Source: Eledone cirrhosa
Taxonomy: Eukaryota
Direction: 5' to 3'
Assembly (NCBI GenBank): GCA_964016885.1
Contig: OZ024740.1
Location: forward strand, 317,564,001-317,628,000
DNA length: 64,000 bases
Below, one piece after another: positions 39,391 through 53,210 of the stretch (position 1 is its first letter; every line of letters starts with the position of its first letter). A program made the position numbers and the translations under genes. Under the pieces are notes generated by a model, which did not search any database, was not told the DNA's origin, and saw only the letters and a list, made by a program, of their open reading frames with translations.

Positions 39391-40369
39391 AGTACCTCAA
39401 GTGGAAGCTTCTAAAAACATGCTAGTACATACTTTCGAGCTAGGAACTTGTGACTGAATCCTGTCTGCTGCGGCTGCACATGTGGTGAATGTGGGGTCTC
39501 TTGTAGACGTGATCACTTCAGCAGACTATCGTCCAGAGGATGAAGATGACAAATAAAGACTACGTGTGATCATTAACGGGCGATGGATTTGCAGAGTCGT
39601 TAGAGCATCGGAATTACTTCCGACTCTACATTACCAAACTTAGACCAATTACATCAATTGTCAAATCAAGAGTACTCAAACTATACGACCATATATCAAC
39701 TCGTGGCGTGAGTAGGTTATGCTTGATAGGTTATGCTTGATAGGTTATGATAATGCTTGATAATGTCAACTTATGGACTGGACTTGATTTTTGCTCTTTA
39801 AACTCTGCTGCTGGTGATCGAACTTTGTGGAGAGAGATATCACATGTTAATGCGTAGTCTGCAACTGGCGGAATTTAGCGTCACAAGAGAGACATTTTGA
39901 GTTCAAATCTTGCCGAGATCTATTTGCCATTCATCCTTCCGGGCGCGATAAAATAAAGTACCATTCAAGTACACGAGTCGTTATAAACGACTTCCCCCAC
40001 CCTCAAATTTGCTGGCATTTTGCCTCAATTAGAAATCATTCATACAGCCATGGACTGCCCAACATATTAACACCTGTTTTGTGAAACACCTGTAACAACT
40101 GACCTAATAGTGCTCTTCATGCATTATGCTCCTGTCAGCCAGGTGTTAAAGATAATTTTTGATAGTTTCCCAAAAGATTACGCTTGATCTCATTTTTAGT
40201 GCGCTTTGGTACAAGAAACAAGTTAAAGATAGTTGTGAAATGAATAGATATTGGTTGCTTTACTCACCAAAAGTAAACACCATGTTTTGTTTTACTTGCT
40301 AACCTTTTTCAAATCGATCTGATGGCTGGAGTGGTCCAGAAATTGATGTAAGATACACATAAAATTGAT

Positions 40370-40372
<3 letters not shown>

Positions 40373-40455
<83 letters not shown>
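40373..40455. repeat. (CA)n microsatellite
   Basis: Perfect CA run. Confidence 0.95.
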
Positions 40456-40457
<2 letters not shown>

Positions 40458-40709
40458 GCGAAACTCAAAAAAGCAGAGAAGGATCTTGTCAAATTGAATT
40501 TGTTCATGGACAGAATTGTCCTGGCTGACCGTTTAACAGCATATCGCCTGAAGAACAAGGACAATTCTAATCTATTATAGATGCGGTTCTTTACTTGAAG
40601 AGATAATGATTGATATTCTGCAGTAATCACAAGTAGCAAGATTTAGGTTTTCAAAGTACGAACGAAGAGAATTCTTTTAAAAATTAATGTAAATGTAGGT
40701 ATGGTGTTT

Positions 40710-41040
40710 TTCCCGAAACTCCTGATGGAGTCATAGGGGCGCCGTATCCGCATACGGTGTTTCTTAGGTAGTTTAGGCCTAGCGGGTCCAACCCACTCTA
40801 TGCCTGAGTGCAGCAGATTTCTTCCAGAGAAGAATAATAAGCGAGAGAAAGGAAGTTAGAAAAAGATATAGAAGAAGAATCGACGCCAGTTCTAAAGAGG
40901 TAATTTTTTTATCGACCTTGAAAGGATGAAAGGCAAATATAACCTCGGTGGGATTTGAACTCGGGGAGCAGAGAGCCAGATCGAATACTATAAACCACTC
41001 TATCTGACGTTCTAATGACTCTGCCAATTCATCGCCTATG
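40710..41040 (-). mobile_element. Composite SINE copy
   Basis: Reverse complement of head/core, linker and CCGTATGCGGATACGGCGCCCCTATGACTCCATCAGGAGTTTCGGG tail. Confidence 0.7.
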
Positions 41041-41836
41041 TAAACGTAGATCTTTATCAGAAATGATACATTACTGGAGCAACATTTATTAGTGAAGAAT
41101 CAAGTGAATGATGTTGAATTTCGATTGAGTGGGAAACCGATGCTGCACCAAAGTGTATCTAAATATAAACATATCTAATATATAGGAACGTAAACATGCA
41201 AGAAAATACGGATTTCCCTGAAATAATGATAAACAACTTTAATCAATTATAGGACCTAATTGGTCCCTCATCAGAAGGAATGCATATCATCCAAAGAAGC
41301 ACAAGGAAACATGTGTTTGGTGAGGTTATATACCCATTCGCTCTTAGTATTATTCTGAAATGGACGTAGTAATTTGCATATAATTTGCTATTGTATATTT
41401 CCTATATGACCGTATATCAGCCTTAATCTACGGAATCACCTTAACAGTTCTGGTTCTATCAAAAGTAATAACCGAAATGAGTTGGTCAAGTACTGTGAGG
41501 TTAGTGTTGATCCTTTTATTGAGGCACACACAAAAGTATACCGAGAGAACTATACAATGAATAGATAGATTGGTAGAAAGTTACACACACGCACACACAC
41601 ACACACACACACGCACACACATATATATATATAAATAACAATATAAGATGCTGAGTTTATATAAATAGTTTAATCATCATCATTATTTCCACGGTTCTCC
41701 ATGCAACCGAGAAGTCCTTCATGCATGTTGTTGTTATGTGAACGGTGTCCTCAGATGAAACCCGATTTATTTGATATGCTGCCGGCAGGAAAAAACACAC
41801 GTCCTTCTGCTCGTGTGCTCAACAGATATATGTCTG

Positions 41837-41910
<74 letters not shown>

Positions 41911-42344
41911 CCTTATATCGTTAGAGAAACAATATTTTGTATATAATATAAAGCATGTAATTTTTAGGAAAAAGTACCTACTTAATTGTGTGATATTATG
42001 ATGAAACGAAACGTGTAAGTTTATATGCAACATCACAAGTAAGATTTAAAGATTTAAACGCTATGTATGTGTGTGTAATTACTGATTGCTGAAAACATTA
42101 TTAATCATGTCGAGAATGTACTTAACATATGTTGTATATGTTATTAAGAATAATAATTATTTTGATACATGCATACATACATACACACATACATACATAC
42201 ATACATACATACATACATGCATACATACATACATACACACATACATACATACCCACATTCATACATGCTTGCATACATACATACATTTATACATACGTAC
42301 ATACATAATACATACATAACGTACATATATACATACACGTACAT

Positions 42345-42680
42345 AATACATGATGGCTGAAAACTCTGCTAAGAGTACTGCAATCGCTTGTCAGATTACA
42401 GAGATTAGTGCACTTTTAGGCTACGGCCAGTCGCACAAACCTGTAACATATCCTAAACAAGTATGCCTGTACTTTGAAGGGTTTTTTTAAGTGGGGAAAG
42501 GCCTTGCACTTGACCAATCCCACTCTTGTATTTAATCCCGTAGGGTGTACAAATATTACCCTCCTCACCAAGCAGGCTTGGTGGGGTTGTCAGTTTAGTC
42601 GCCGACGTCCCAACCATGAGACAGGTTGTACTGGGATACGTGTTGCCAGTAGCAATCGAGAGCGACTTGATATAACACAT
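42345..42680 (-). mobile_element. Non-autonomous RTE-derived bipartite element
   Basis: 5' ~150 bp homologous to 54810-54960 (GCTACTGGYAACAYGTATCCCAGTACAAC...TTGGTGAGGAGGGT); 3' GTACTC..GAGTT..CAGCC end; flanked by (TACA)n. Confidence 0.65.
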
Positions 42681-42909
42681 ACATACAAGCATACATACAT
42701 GCATACATATATACATTTTTATTTACAAAAATCATTCGAATGAATCAAACACAGATTCGCTGCAATGATAATAGCGTTAGAAAATCGTGGAAAATATCCT
42801 TCGGGGAAAAAATAAGTAGTCAGCAGCCACAACAGAGAATCGAGCTGTGTCTCTTGAATTCCAGTGGAGTGCGTTGACGTTATGCCAAAGGGCAGCTGAA
42901 AACAGTTTG

Positions 42910-43120
42910 ATCGACAGTCGATCGACAAGATCCCAGACCTCGTGAAATCGGACCGAGGAAACAATGTTTTCATTGGTGTTTTCAATTGCTAATCATATCT
43001 ACTGGTCGCCAATCCAGACAGAAGGAGTAACGTGAAATAAAGTTCCTCAAGGACATAACGCATCACCCGGTCCGGGAATCGAACTCACAACCTCACGATT
43101 GCAAATCCTAATCACTATCA
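42910..43120 (-). mobile_element. CORE-type SINE (second body type)
   Basis: Homologous to 14085-14310. Confidence 0.75.
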
Positions 43121-43939
43121 CATATATATTTCTTAATTTGGGCAGAAAAGCTTTGTTTTGCGATTGCATTGAGTAAATATTGTCTCAGGGAATTCTGCTC
43201 AATTATTCTAATAGCCGGTGGGGGTGTTACAGAATGAATGACTTGAAGCAATTAGTAACAAAGCAAATGTTGTTGTTTAACCCAGGTCAACCGTGGTCGA
43301 ATAGACTTAGGATCAAAGGCATTCTGATCATCCTCATTCTATCATTTTGCATATCTAAGACTTGATGGTTCAATGAAACCTTGGTTTTTGAAGACAGAAC
43401 GGTAAGATTTGAAGAAATTTGATTGCTATTTCTATCTTGCTAAATGACCATGTAGAGGCATTTTGTCGCTTAGTCTGGAGAAAATGATGTGTCTATGACC
43501 CACTTTTGGCACCTGCAAGATTGGTACGTTGGAGAAAAGACGGTATCCTCAAACTGTAGACTTGACTTGAATGTTTGTAGCAAAGTTGACTCAACTAAAG
43601 ACACCCAGGAGGCATATAATGATGTTGAACCGCGCCAATTATTAAGTTTATCACCCAAACAGGCTGGAATGACATTTAGACTCAAAAAGTAAGAATTCGG
43701 AATGATTCCTAGTTGTTTCTTGAAGTTCTACTCTTACGTCACCGACATAAACGCCGACCAGGAGTATATCCCAAATATAGTCTACAATATTTACTTTCTA
43801 TAAGCCTGACTCACCAAAAAGTAAAACTGTATCAGTTCATGTTCAGAGAAACAACACTTTATTATGTTTCTTGTTATGAAGACTCCACTGTAAGTTTTTA
43901 TGAAGACAGTACACATGGTGAGTCATAAGTAACCGTGCA

Positions 43940-44110
43940 GTCATTGCATTTTTATTGCAAGGTTCACAGACAACTATCGGGGTGGAGTTGACCGCCCGTA
44001 AGTGGGAGCCCCGCGAGGTGGAGTAGCTGTTTCAACGCATCTCCCTCGCCATCCCCCGGGGCAATGTCTTTTCCATCCTGTCGGCCGAGATTCAGAGGCG
44101 GATGGCTTGT
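43940..44110 (+). pseudogene. CRE-clade non-LTR retrotransposon 3' fragment
   Basis: EPREVE*LFQRISLAIPRGNVFSIL matches the CRE C-terminal QRxSxAxxRGNA motif. Confidence 0.7.
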
Positions 44111-44519
44111 TAGTTGGTGGTGAAGGATACTCGTTTGGACGTCACGTGTACAACTAAAGTATATTTATAATCATCTCATCAAACTATTACCACCACTGCC
44201 CTAACAACAAACACCAATATCACATATGACTATTTGAACATCCGCTTGTTTATGTGTGAGGAACAGGGTCAGCCTTTTGAACACTTACTTTAATTATATA
44301 TTTTTAATTACTTTTGTTTGATGTATTTATAATCTCGTACTGTATGACCAGGATTGTAATAAATATTATCATTTGGAATATAAATGGTGCACTGCCCGGT
44401 TACTAATGACTCACCTTCTATTAAGAAATTGCAGTTGGATTATATAATGTTTACAATAACAAAGAAAGAAGAAATGGAAAAAAAAGGAAATCAAATAGCA
44501 AAAGTAAGGGAAGGTGGGG

Positions 44520-45040
44520 AGGGGTGACAGACTCTACACCACAGTCTAGGTCGTATATCTTAGCAGCGAGGAGGGAGTGGCAGACTCTACACCAGGAGTT
44601 CTCAACCTGGTCCATGTGGACCAAATTTTCAATAGCAAATTCTTTTTTGATCCATGCATTTGACTTAAAGCGCTGTTCTTATTCTTCGCATAAGTATGAC
44701 TTCAGCTGTTTATTTGCGTAGATTTTTAGGCACTGCGACATGATAATCGCATTTTCTAATTTATTGAAAAAAAACATCTACTGATGCTTATAAGTAGCAG
44801 TTCTATTACAAAAGATTTAAAAGTTTAGGTGGTTCACAGGAAAAAAATTACTTATTTTGGTAGTCCACAGCGAAAAAAAAGTTGAGAACCTCTGCTCTAC
44901 ACCATAATCTAGGTGGTATATCTTAGCAGCGATGAGGGGGTGGCAGGCTTTATATCCCAGTGTAGGTGGTATATCTTAGCAGCGACGAGGGAGCGGTAGA
45001 CTCTACACCACAGTCTAGGTGGTTTATCTTAGCAGGCATC
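44520..45040. repeat. ~55-bp minisatellite split by a hAT MITE
   Basis: CAGACTCTACACCACAGTCTAGGTGGTATATCTTAGCAGCG-like units on both sides of the MITE. Confidence 0.8.
44593..44894. mobile_element. hAT-Charlie MITE
   Basis: TIR CAGGAGTTCTCAAC / GTTGAGAACCTCTG; perfect 8-bp TSD CTCTACAC (44585-44592 and 44895-44902). Confidence 0.9.
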
Positions 45041-45440
45041 GTGGAAAAAAAAAAATGGAGATGGCATTGCCGCAGAGATCATCCAGCGACACTTGACAAA
45101 ATCAAAACAAGTTGCTTACACAATATTCATAAAGTTTCTTCTTACAGTTGAAAGTACCGATTCACAGACATGTCGTGACAATGTTTTGACTAATTCACAT
45201 GCAGGAAATCAAATTTATTGATATTATGACAAATGATTCAAAATTGTTGTGTCTAAGGCGTCAAGAAAGGCTCACTGCTATTTGTAGACATTAAATCAGA
45301 AGATACAAGTAACTGTCATCAAGTATTTCATGTCAGTCCATGTTTCCAGTATTATGAACCACTGTATTGTTTTAACATCTTAAAATAAATCATGTTATAA
45401 TTCCTTTCATAGAGGTGCAGTTTGATCAGTTGATGCAATA

Positions 45441-45634
45441 GAGACCTGTCAACTCTCCCCGTCCGACGGGGAGATCTCCACCCACTTTGGGGGTGGGTGA
45501 GAGATGTCTTCTCTTATGAAAATGGGTATAGCTTTCATTATGTAAATTCTCCTCATTTTGACTCATTTCTCCCTGTTTTGGGGCACTTTTTTCATGGTAC
45601 TTCCCGTTTGTGTTTTTAGAAGTTGGCAGGTCTG
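45441..45634. mobile_element. Small MITE
   Basis: TIR GAGACCTGTCAACT / AGTTGGCAGGTCTG; internal hairpins CTCCCCGTCCGACGGGGAG and CACCCAC..GTGGGTG. Confidence 0.6.
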
Positions 45635-45706
45635 ACAATGTCAGTCTCCCGTCCGAATAGTTGATAATTCATAACTCGATACTGGCACTGCACTCTTGGT
45701 AATAAT

Positions 45707-45896
45707 TGTTTCTACTTTTTGCACAAGGCCAGCAATAACCCAGTGTATTACTGGTACTTTATTTTATCGACCCCGTAAGGATGAAAGGCAAAATTAACCT
45801 TAGCGGGATTTGAACTCAGAATGGCAAGAGCTGTAACTCTATGCGTCAGAGCATGGCGTCCGACCCTCTACCGATACTGCCAATCCCCCCGTCTCT
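45707..45896 (-). mobile_element. tRNA SINE, short subfamily, with TSD
   Basis: 18-bp TSD TGCACTCTTGGTAATAAT (45689-45706 and 45897-45914). Confidence 0.92.
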
Positions 45897-46644
45897 TGCA
45901 CTCTTGGTAATAATAGCATTTAACTCTCAGTAGCTAAGTACATTTTGAAGTAAATATACATTGTAGTTATCAGTTCTTGTGTAAATGAGGAAGTACTTTG
46001 TTAGCTTACAGCATGAAGCTTTAGTTCTTCTACGTGTCTGAAGAAGACCATTATTCCATTGTATCTACTGTTGAATCTTTCAATATATGATAAATTTAGG
46101 GTTGTTTTAACGACCACTAAACTGCAGCACATTGCTACATAATTTCAGGTTTTATCAACCCATTCATTAATTAAATAAGTGAATAGCTGCATTGACGTCA
46201 AACGAATGGAGGAAGTAAGACACTTTACGTGCTTGGCTTTCGCAGGGGCATTTAAAACAGAGGTGAAGTAAAATAGCTATAAGTTGAAAGCAATGGCAGA
46301 AGCTTACGTCAATTCTATGGTACGCATCGTCATTCAAAGTATTTTTATATGCGTAAGTAGAGGTATATGCAACATAAATCAACTATAAACTTTCAACCTC
46401 TGGATGTAGCTTGGCTGCATAAGAAACTTGATAAGATGGCTGCATTTTAGTAAGTTCAGATTGTAGAGAACTATGATGAAAACCGTACTTGTCATGACCA
46501 TTTTGTAACTTTTTATGGACATTGTACATCTAACCCTACACGACTACATTATCTCATAAGTCCCTCGTGTAATCTGAGGGAGATTTGGCTATTATTTCGA
46601 GCAGGTCGAATGCTCACTTTGAAACGCCTTCATTATATTCATAG

Positions 46645-47160
46645 AGCGGTGAATTGACAGTATTGGTAGTGCGTCGAACAATATGCTTTGTGACATGTAG
46701 TTACATTCTGAGCTGAAATTCCACCGAGTTTAGCTTTGCCTTTCACCCTCACGGGCTCAATAAAATAAAGTACCAGTAACGCACTGAGGCTGATTTAATC
46801 GACTATCCCCTTCCCCAAAATTGTTGGCCTTGTGCCTTAATCAGATTGGCAGTATCGGTAGAGGGTCGGCCGAAGAGTTAAGGCCCTTTATGGTCTGAGT
46901 TCAAATCCTGCCGAGGTTAACTTTGCCTTTCATCCTTACAGGGTCGATAAAATAAAGTACCAGTAATACACTGGTATAATTGCTGGCCTTGTGCCAAAAG
47001 TAGAAACAATTATATTAGCATCTATAGGGTAATGGATTGGCGGTATCGGTAGGGGTCGGATAACATGCTCAAATCTCGCAGAATTTGGCTTAGGGGTTTA
47101 TTTAATTAACTTTCCCTTTTCCCCAAATTGTTGGCCTTGTGCTTTAATAAGAAAACATTA
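46645..47160 (+). mobile_element. Three tandem tRNA SINE copies
   Basis: Long, short and internally deleted copies head-to-tail. Confidence 0.85.
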
Positions 47161-47544
47161 TATTAGCATCCATAAAGAAATTTAGTTTTTTTGTTTATGA
47201 TTTTGAGAAAGCATAACATATTTTTACTTTGGAATATACGTTAAAGTTGAATCCATGAATATTCATCGCGCAAACGTCCACCACCAGGCGACTGTTAATC
47301 ACTAGTTACTGCTTTAATGTATACTTGAAACTAAATAATGTCTTCAAGTTAGTATCAAGTTGTATACTTAAAAATACAGTAGAGAATAAATATTACAAAA
47401 AATACAGTCTGAATGTACTGTAATATAAATGAGTATATTCGGGAATTAGGGAGATTTAGCTGTCTTCCTAAATACGAACTTATCGGGCGAGAGACAAGCA
47501 ACTGATGGGAGACTTTATTTCACATTACTGCATCTTTAAATAAT

Positions 47545-47749
47545 GGTTTTCGACTAAGGCACAAGGCCAGCAATTTAGGGCGAGGGGAAAGTCGATTAAA
47601 TCGACTCCAGTGCATTACTGGTACTTTATTTTAACGACCCCGTAAGGATGAAAGAAGAAGCTAACCTCGGCGGGATTTGAACTCAGAACGTAAAGGATCG
47701 TAACTCTATGCAACAAAGCATGGTGTCTGGCGCTCTACCGATACAGCCA
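47545..47749 (-). mobile_element. tRNA SINE, long subfamily, with TSD
   Basis: 18-bp TSD ACTGCATCTTTAAATAAT (47527-47544 and 47750-47767). Confidence 0.92.
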
Positions 47750-49296
47750 ACTGCATCTTTAAATAATAGTTCTCATCAGGAAGCTTGATACTTTGAGGAA
47801 ACGAGAATAAGAAGTTGCGTTGCTTATATCTTATCCAGGGTCAGTTGTAACCTAATCGAAGCTCAATCACTAACACGGTTGACATCACTGGTTTGATGTC
47901 TTTTCAGTAACTTACTATATCAGCAGAGGCGGTAAAGCCGCGGACAAAATTCCTTACGGTAATTGTTTTGGTTCGTTACTTTCTCATTTCAAATCCCATC
48001 AAGGTGAACTTTACCAGTCATCCGTATGGAATCGATAAATAATGAACTAGTTATGTATTGGGGTCGGTTTAACCGAGTCATCTCTTTCTCAAAATTGTGG
48101 AATTGAGATGGGACATAGATTCGGCCATACTTTTCCTAAGGTTTTTAGTGAATTAAGGGAAGGGAAATATCTTCGAATAAAAAATCGACTTAAGTAAGCA
48201 ATACTTTTTGAAAAGGCCCTCTCTGATTCATCTGTAAATGATCTCAAATGGACTTCTATTGTTGATTAGGGACTGGAAATCAAAATCTTTTATAATTATC
48301 AAATGCTGGCTCATCTACTGAAAAAATGAATTGTATAGATATTGAAACTAAATTTCGACACTGACGCACTTGATAAGACAACGATAGATTTTCAAGCTTG
48401 GCTCACAGGTTTCTAAAAATACTCTCTTTCTATGTATATATGTGTAAGTATGGTCCCGTAGCTCTCGAGAGAGCCGGAACGAATACCATAAAGCATTCTA
48501 TACGACGTTCTAACGACTCTGTCAATTTGCTGCCTGTATGTATATATTTTAATCCTTCAACCCTTTAGCATTTAAACCGGCCAGAATTCTCTCACCTCTT
48601 TCTGTTCAAACAGGCTGTAACTGGCCACTCATGCTGATGTTATGATATTGTTCTCAAAATAAATAATATGAAAATCTCATAGATTCGATATTATGTTAGA
48701 TCAAAGGTTTTCAACCCATTTCGGCCAAACGCCACCTTTTGCCCCTCAAAATCACGAAACGCCCCCTACCCTATTTTTCCATTTTTCAATATACTACTGA
48801 TTTTGATATCAGTAGATTAATAAAAAATTGATTAACGATATTCCAAAGATACCATTGCAGGCTGTTGAAAGTATAAATACATTCCTTGAAAGGAAGTATA
48901 TAAATTTCAAAAAAAGGAACATAAATGTATTTTTTTATGAATAAGGACCAATTGAATTTGTTCGATACCAGCTATTTTGAACATTTATACAAGAGCAACT
49001 CTGTCTATCCAAAGAGTGCTCTTATCTGGAAGAAAGTGGCAATTGTATTATTTAAAAGCTTTCCAATTTTCCCTTTAATGAAACGGACAGAATAAATGTT
49101 GATATCTAACTTGATGTCCCCTCCGCTTTGTGAGCTTAGAGACCACGCAAGAGGGTTTTCATGACCACGTAAGAGGGTATATTCATTAGTAAACGGTAAA
49201 ATATATACAAAAAATGAGTAAGTGAATTGTGGTAGATGGTTTCCAATCCAGTCAGACTGCAACTACAAATAAAAATCGACTTACTTTGACCTCGTA

Positions 49297-51035
49297 TCAA
49301 TGGGACCCTTGAGCTTCATGGAGTTTAGCTAACTCTTTGACGTCAGGATGGATTTTCGTGAGCTGTAGCCGGAGATCTCCACGTGCAATCACATTGTAGC
49401 GGTTGCGAGCCTTACTATGCAGTCTGGAAACAACGCCAAACCCCCTCTCGACTAAGTATGAGCTAGGAAAAGGCAAAGCAAATCTCTTAGCCTCTGCATG
49501 TAGGAGTGGAAATCGACGCTGAATTTCCTCTTGCATCCAAAAAAGGGGTTCACCTATTTTGGAAAATTTAATTTTCATTATGTCATCTGTCAATTAATTC
49601 TTCCTGAAATTTAACGTCGAAATCGTCGACGTTAGCTATGAAGGGATCTGCTATCCACATTGGGATGTCCATCTGCAAAAGGTCGACAAACCGTTCTCTC
49701 ATGTTGTCTTGTAGTGCACGGAGGTGCGCGTTATAAATTTGGAGTTGGTCATCGCTCACAATGTTTTGAACATTGGCGACACTAGGAAAATGATAGAATT
49801 CCTGTCGACAAAGATTCCTTTCAATGACTTTCAATTTGGCCAGGAATATTTTCACAGCATTCCTTGCTTTAAACAAGGTGATCTTCTCCTCCTGCAAAGC
49901 CATAATGAGGCTATTGCATTTGTCGAAGATGTCGGCGAGGTAGGCGCAGTCTTGCCTCACATCGAGGGTTTTTTATACAGTTCTGTGTGGCGTCTTCGAA
50001 GAAACTCAATGATAGAGTCGAACAGTTCAAAGAAGCGAGTAAGGCACTTGCCCTTTGAAAGCCACCTCACTTCAGTATGAAGGAGCAACTCGACGAATTC
50101 TTCGTCATTATCTTCGCACAGTTGCTGGAAAATTCGTTCATTGAGGGCATGGCGTTTGATATAATTGATGACATCAATGGCTACCTGCAAAGTTTCTTCG
50201 CAGCCAAGTGTGTGTTGTCGATGAATGACACAATGAACAGCAAATACAGATAGATTTTCCCTCTTCAGAAGAGAGACGAAACCCTTATGTTAGCCGACCA
50301 TTGCTCTTGCGCCGTCTGTAGCACATGATACAATATTGTTAAGAGGTATCTCTTTTTCTTCGAGGTATCCCTTGACAGATTCAAAGATGGTGGCACCTTT
50401 AGTATCTGTGGCTAAATTCAGAGTGAAGAGAAGTTCCTCGTGCATTTCGTTTTGGTGGAAAAATCGCACATATCCCAGTAGTAAGTACTGATTCCCGGAA
50501 AGTGTGCTTTCATCAAGTTGCAAAGCAAATTGTGTAGATTTCAAGATGCTGCATAATTTTTGTTCAACATTTTCCGCCATTACGTCGATGCGTCTCCTTA
50601 TTGAGTCGTTACTCAACGGAATACATTTCAAGGTCTTTAACGGGTTCTGACGTAGTACTGTTGAAAGAACTTCTGAGATGACAGGGGCTACCAATGTTTC
50701 ACCCAAGGAATGGGGCTTGCCACACTTTGCGATTATGTTGGCAATATTGTAAGATGCGACAAGTCCATCAACATTTGAAGCTTCAACTTTTGAAAAGGCA
50801 GAAGAAATTTGTGTTGTTTTCTGGAATTGGTCCCTAAGAGACTGAAAGTATGCTAAATCTTTATATCCAGGTGTCTACTCCAGGTGTCTACTCAAACGCG
50901 ATGGCTTCATCGCCTCATTCAAAAAGGACTCCTTGCAAATTAAACACATGGGTGACAGGTGGTTCGACGGCGATGGGATGAATCCGAACCGTAAGTAATC
51001 AACGCTGTACTGCCTTTCTTCATTGCTGAGGCCAT
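49297..51035 (-). pseudogene. Frameshifted Buster/Charlie-family hAT transposase
   Basis: BED finger CLICKE..MKPSRLSRHL; FALQLDES, CATDGARAM, HCVIHRQH, LLHTEVRWLSKG, FPSSYLVERGF, RGDLRLQLT; several frameshifts. Confidence 0.93.
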
Positions 51036-52019
51036 TTTCTGTTTAGCAAATGTGTTTGGTAAAGTTACGCAAAGATTTGCCTATATAAGCCTATAAAATT
51101 ATGTATAAGGAACTTACTATAATGAGTCCTGTTCCAGTATGATAAAGTTTCAAGTAATGTTCTGGAATAACGCTTTGTAATAAACAAAACTGCAATGAAA
51201 AACACAAATACTGTCATTAATTAACCAAGTCATATAGGAAGATTAACCAGTCTTTCATGTAGGAATAGTAATACCTTAGCTTGAGGGAATTAAGGTGGCA
51301 GACTCAATAAAGGATCAACTAGGCAACGAGTTCAATAGAACTTAATGCAAGAATGACTAGTAATGTGCTATTTTGAAATGGAATTCATCAATTAAGCACG
51401 TAGTGATAAGACGCGATAATACTAAGTTAAGACATTACTTATTAGTCAGAGTTACTCAAATTATCGCCCTTACCTTAATGCATCACTGTGATATTCTTGT
51501 AATGGTGCTGCAATTATAATGGATGACTGTTGAAGACTACAAAAGCACTTCCTTAAACCCAAGGCTATAACAAGACTTGATCGTAGTATAAACAGTCAGT
51601 TTATATAGGAATAGCAACAACCTAGTTATAGAATAAATGATGTGGAATTGCAATGAAGAGAAAATGGGGTCAAGCAAAGCGAATGTTAGTAAGAATGAGC
51701 TGAAGTATCGAGGTCAAGCCGAACACGGTGATGAACGGGTCAGTGAATTCAATTCATGAATAATGTTGCTCTTTTCCAGAGGCCTCGTTTGCCTTAAAAA
51801 TGTGAGGGTGACAAACCAACATTTGTTGGAGCATTTTAGTATTACTTATGGTGTCTTTCCTCAACCCTATCACATAAGTAAACATTTCTTTACGCTAATT
51901 AAATTTTATATATTCAAATGAAGTTCAGATATAAAAAAAAAATAAGCTTAAAAAGTATTTATTATATCAAATAAACAAAACATGAAACATAGACGTTTGA
52001 ATAAAAATCATATAAAGTA

Positions 52020-53210
52020 AATTTATTGTCTTTTAGAACTTTCCAAATGTATCATATCTCGCATTATTGCTGTCAATAAATAATTTAGCAACTTCTTCAC
52101 AACTAATCTTTTTCAAAACATCTCTATGAACGTCTCATATTAGAATATGATTTAACCTTTGCTGAGTCATGGTCAATCGCAGCCAAGTTTTGAGTCTCTG
52201 TAGAGCGCTAAAAGATCTTTCAGCTTCACAAGAACTGGTTGGAAATATTAAAAGTAGCCTGAGCAATCGCTCAACATTTAGAAACATGCGACGGACTTCT
52301 GGTTGCATTTCACCGAATATTTTACGATGATTCTCGAGAGATGATCCACTATGATGATTTCTATAAAAAAGTATTTCGTTCCTTAAAGAAAATTCATCAA
52401 GCTCTGGATACTGCATGATCACTTCAGCACAAACATTTCTATTGAGTTAATTATTGTTCAGTTTTTCATAATCTGCTAAATCCTGTGAAAAAAAATAATC
52501 TTTCAAATTTGATATTGCAGTATCCGCTACCTGCAAATACTGCACTCTGTAATGATCCAAAGCAGTGCAGTGTTGATATTTTAACGCATTTCCTTCCTGG
52601 TATCTTTTAGGAACTTTTCGTTGCCTGGGTAGCTCCAAAGGAGAAATATCGAGTTGATAAATCATTTTTCTGCTGTATTGAACAGCTCCTAATACTTTTC
52701 TTCACTGCGTAGAATTTTTAGCTCCTCCTGCACCAGTTTGACACTATGCAACATGCTACCTAGATTGAAGGTGATAGTTTGAAAAGATTTCTTCAATCCT
52801 TCAAGGAATTGAAGTAATGGAACTACAACGTGCAATCTAAGAACACATTGGCCCGGAGAGTGACACGTATGAATAACATTAGCTCTGGATGCAATGTTGG
52901 TGCCAAACTCACTTGTTGCCTCTTGTAAAAAAATAGGGACATCTGAATAATTGTCAAGAAGGGATTTGACTGCAGAAAGTCGTGTTAGCCATCGAGTAGG
53001 GCACACAGGTGTTAAGGAGCGTGGTGACGATACTTCATTTTCTTCATCATGTTGTGATAAATACGCTTGCTTAAATTTCCCTGATGTACTATATAGTTTC
53101 CGCAATTCATTCACGTAATCTAGAACAATTTTGATAAGTAAAGCTTGTTGTACGGACTTAGCTATAATAAGTTGAGAAATATGAATGCCGCAGTGCACGT
53201 AATGGGCCAA
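52020..53210 (-). pseudogene. 5'-truncated second hAT transposase (ZMYM1/THAP12-like type)
   Basis: YVHCGIH, CPTRWLTR, SSCEAERSFSALQRLKTWLRLTMTQQRLN (hAT dimerisation domain). Confidence 0.88.

Noticed and set aside
43474-43689. Open frame with AG acceptor and GTAAG donor (candidate exon)
   Set aside because: Neighbouring motifs (KIGT.., TTLYYVSCY..FYED) suggest a decayed RTE-type endonuclease; not supportable as a host exon
46025-46090. CTGAAGA hammerhead-like start
   Set aside because: No stem II or GAAA could be paired downstream
49297-51035. Domesticated ZBED/SCAND3-like host gene
   Set aside because: Multiple frameshifts and retained TIRs/TSD show a decayed transposon
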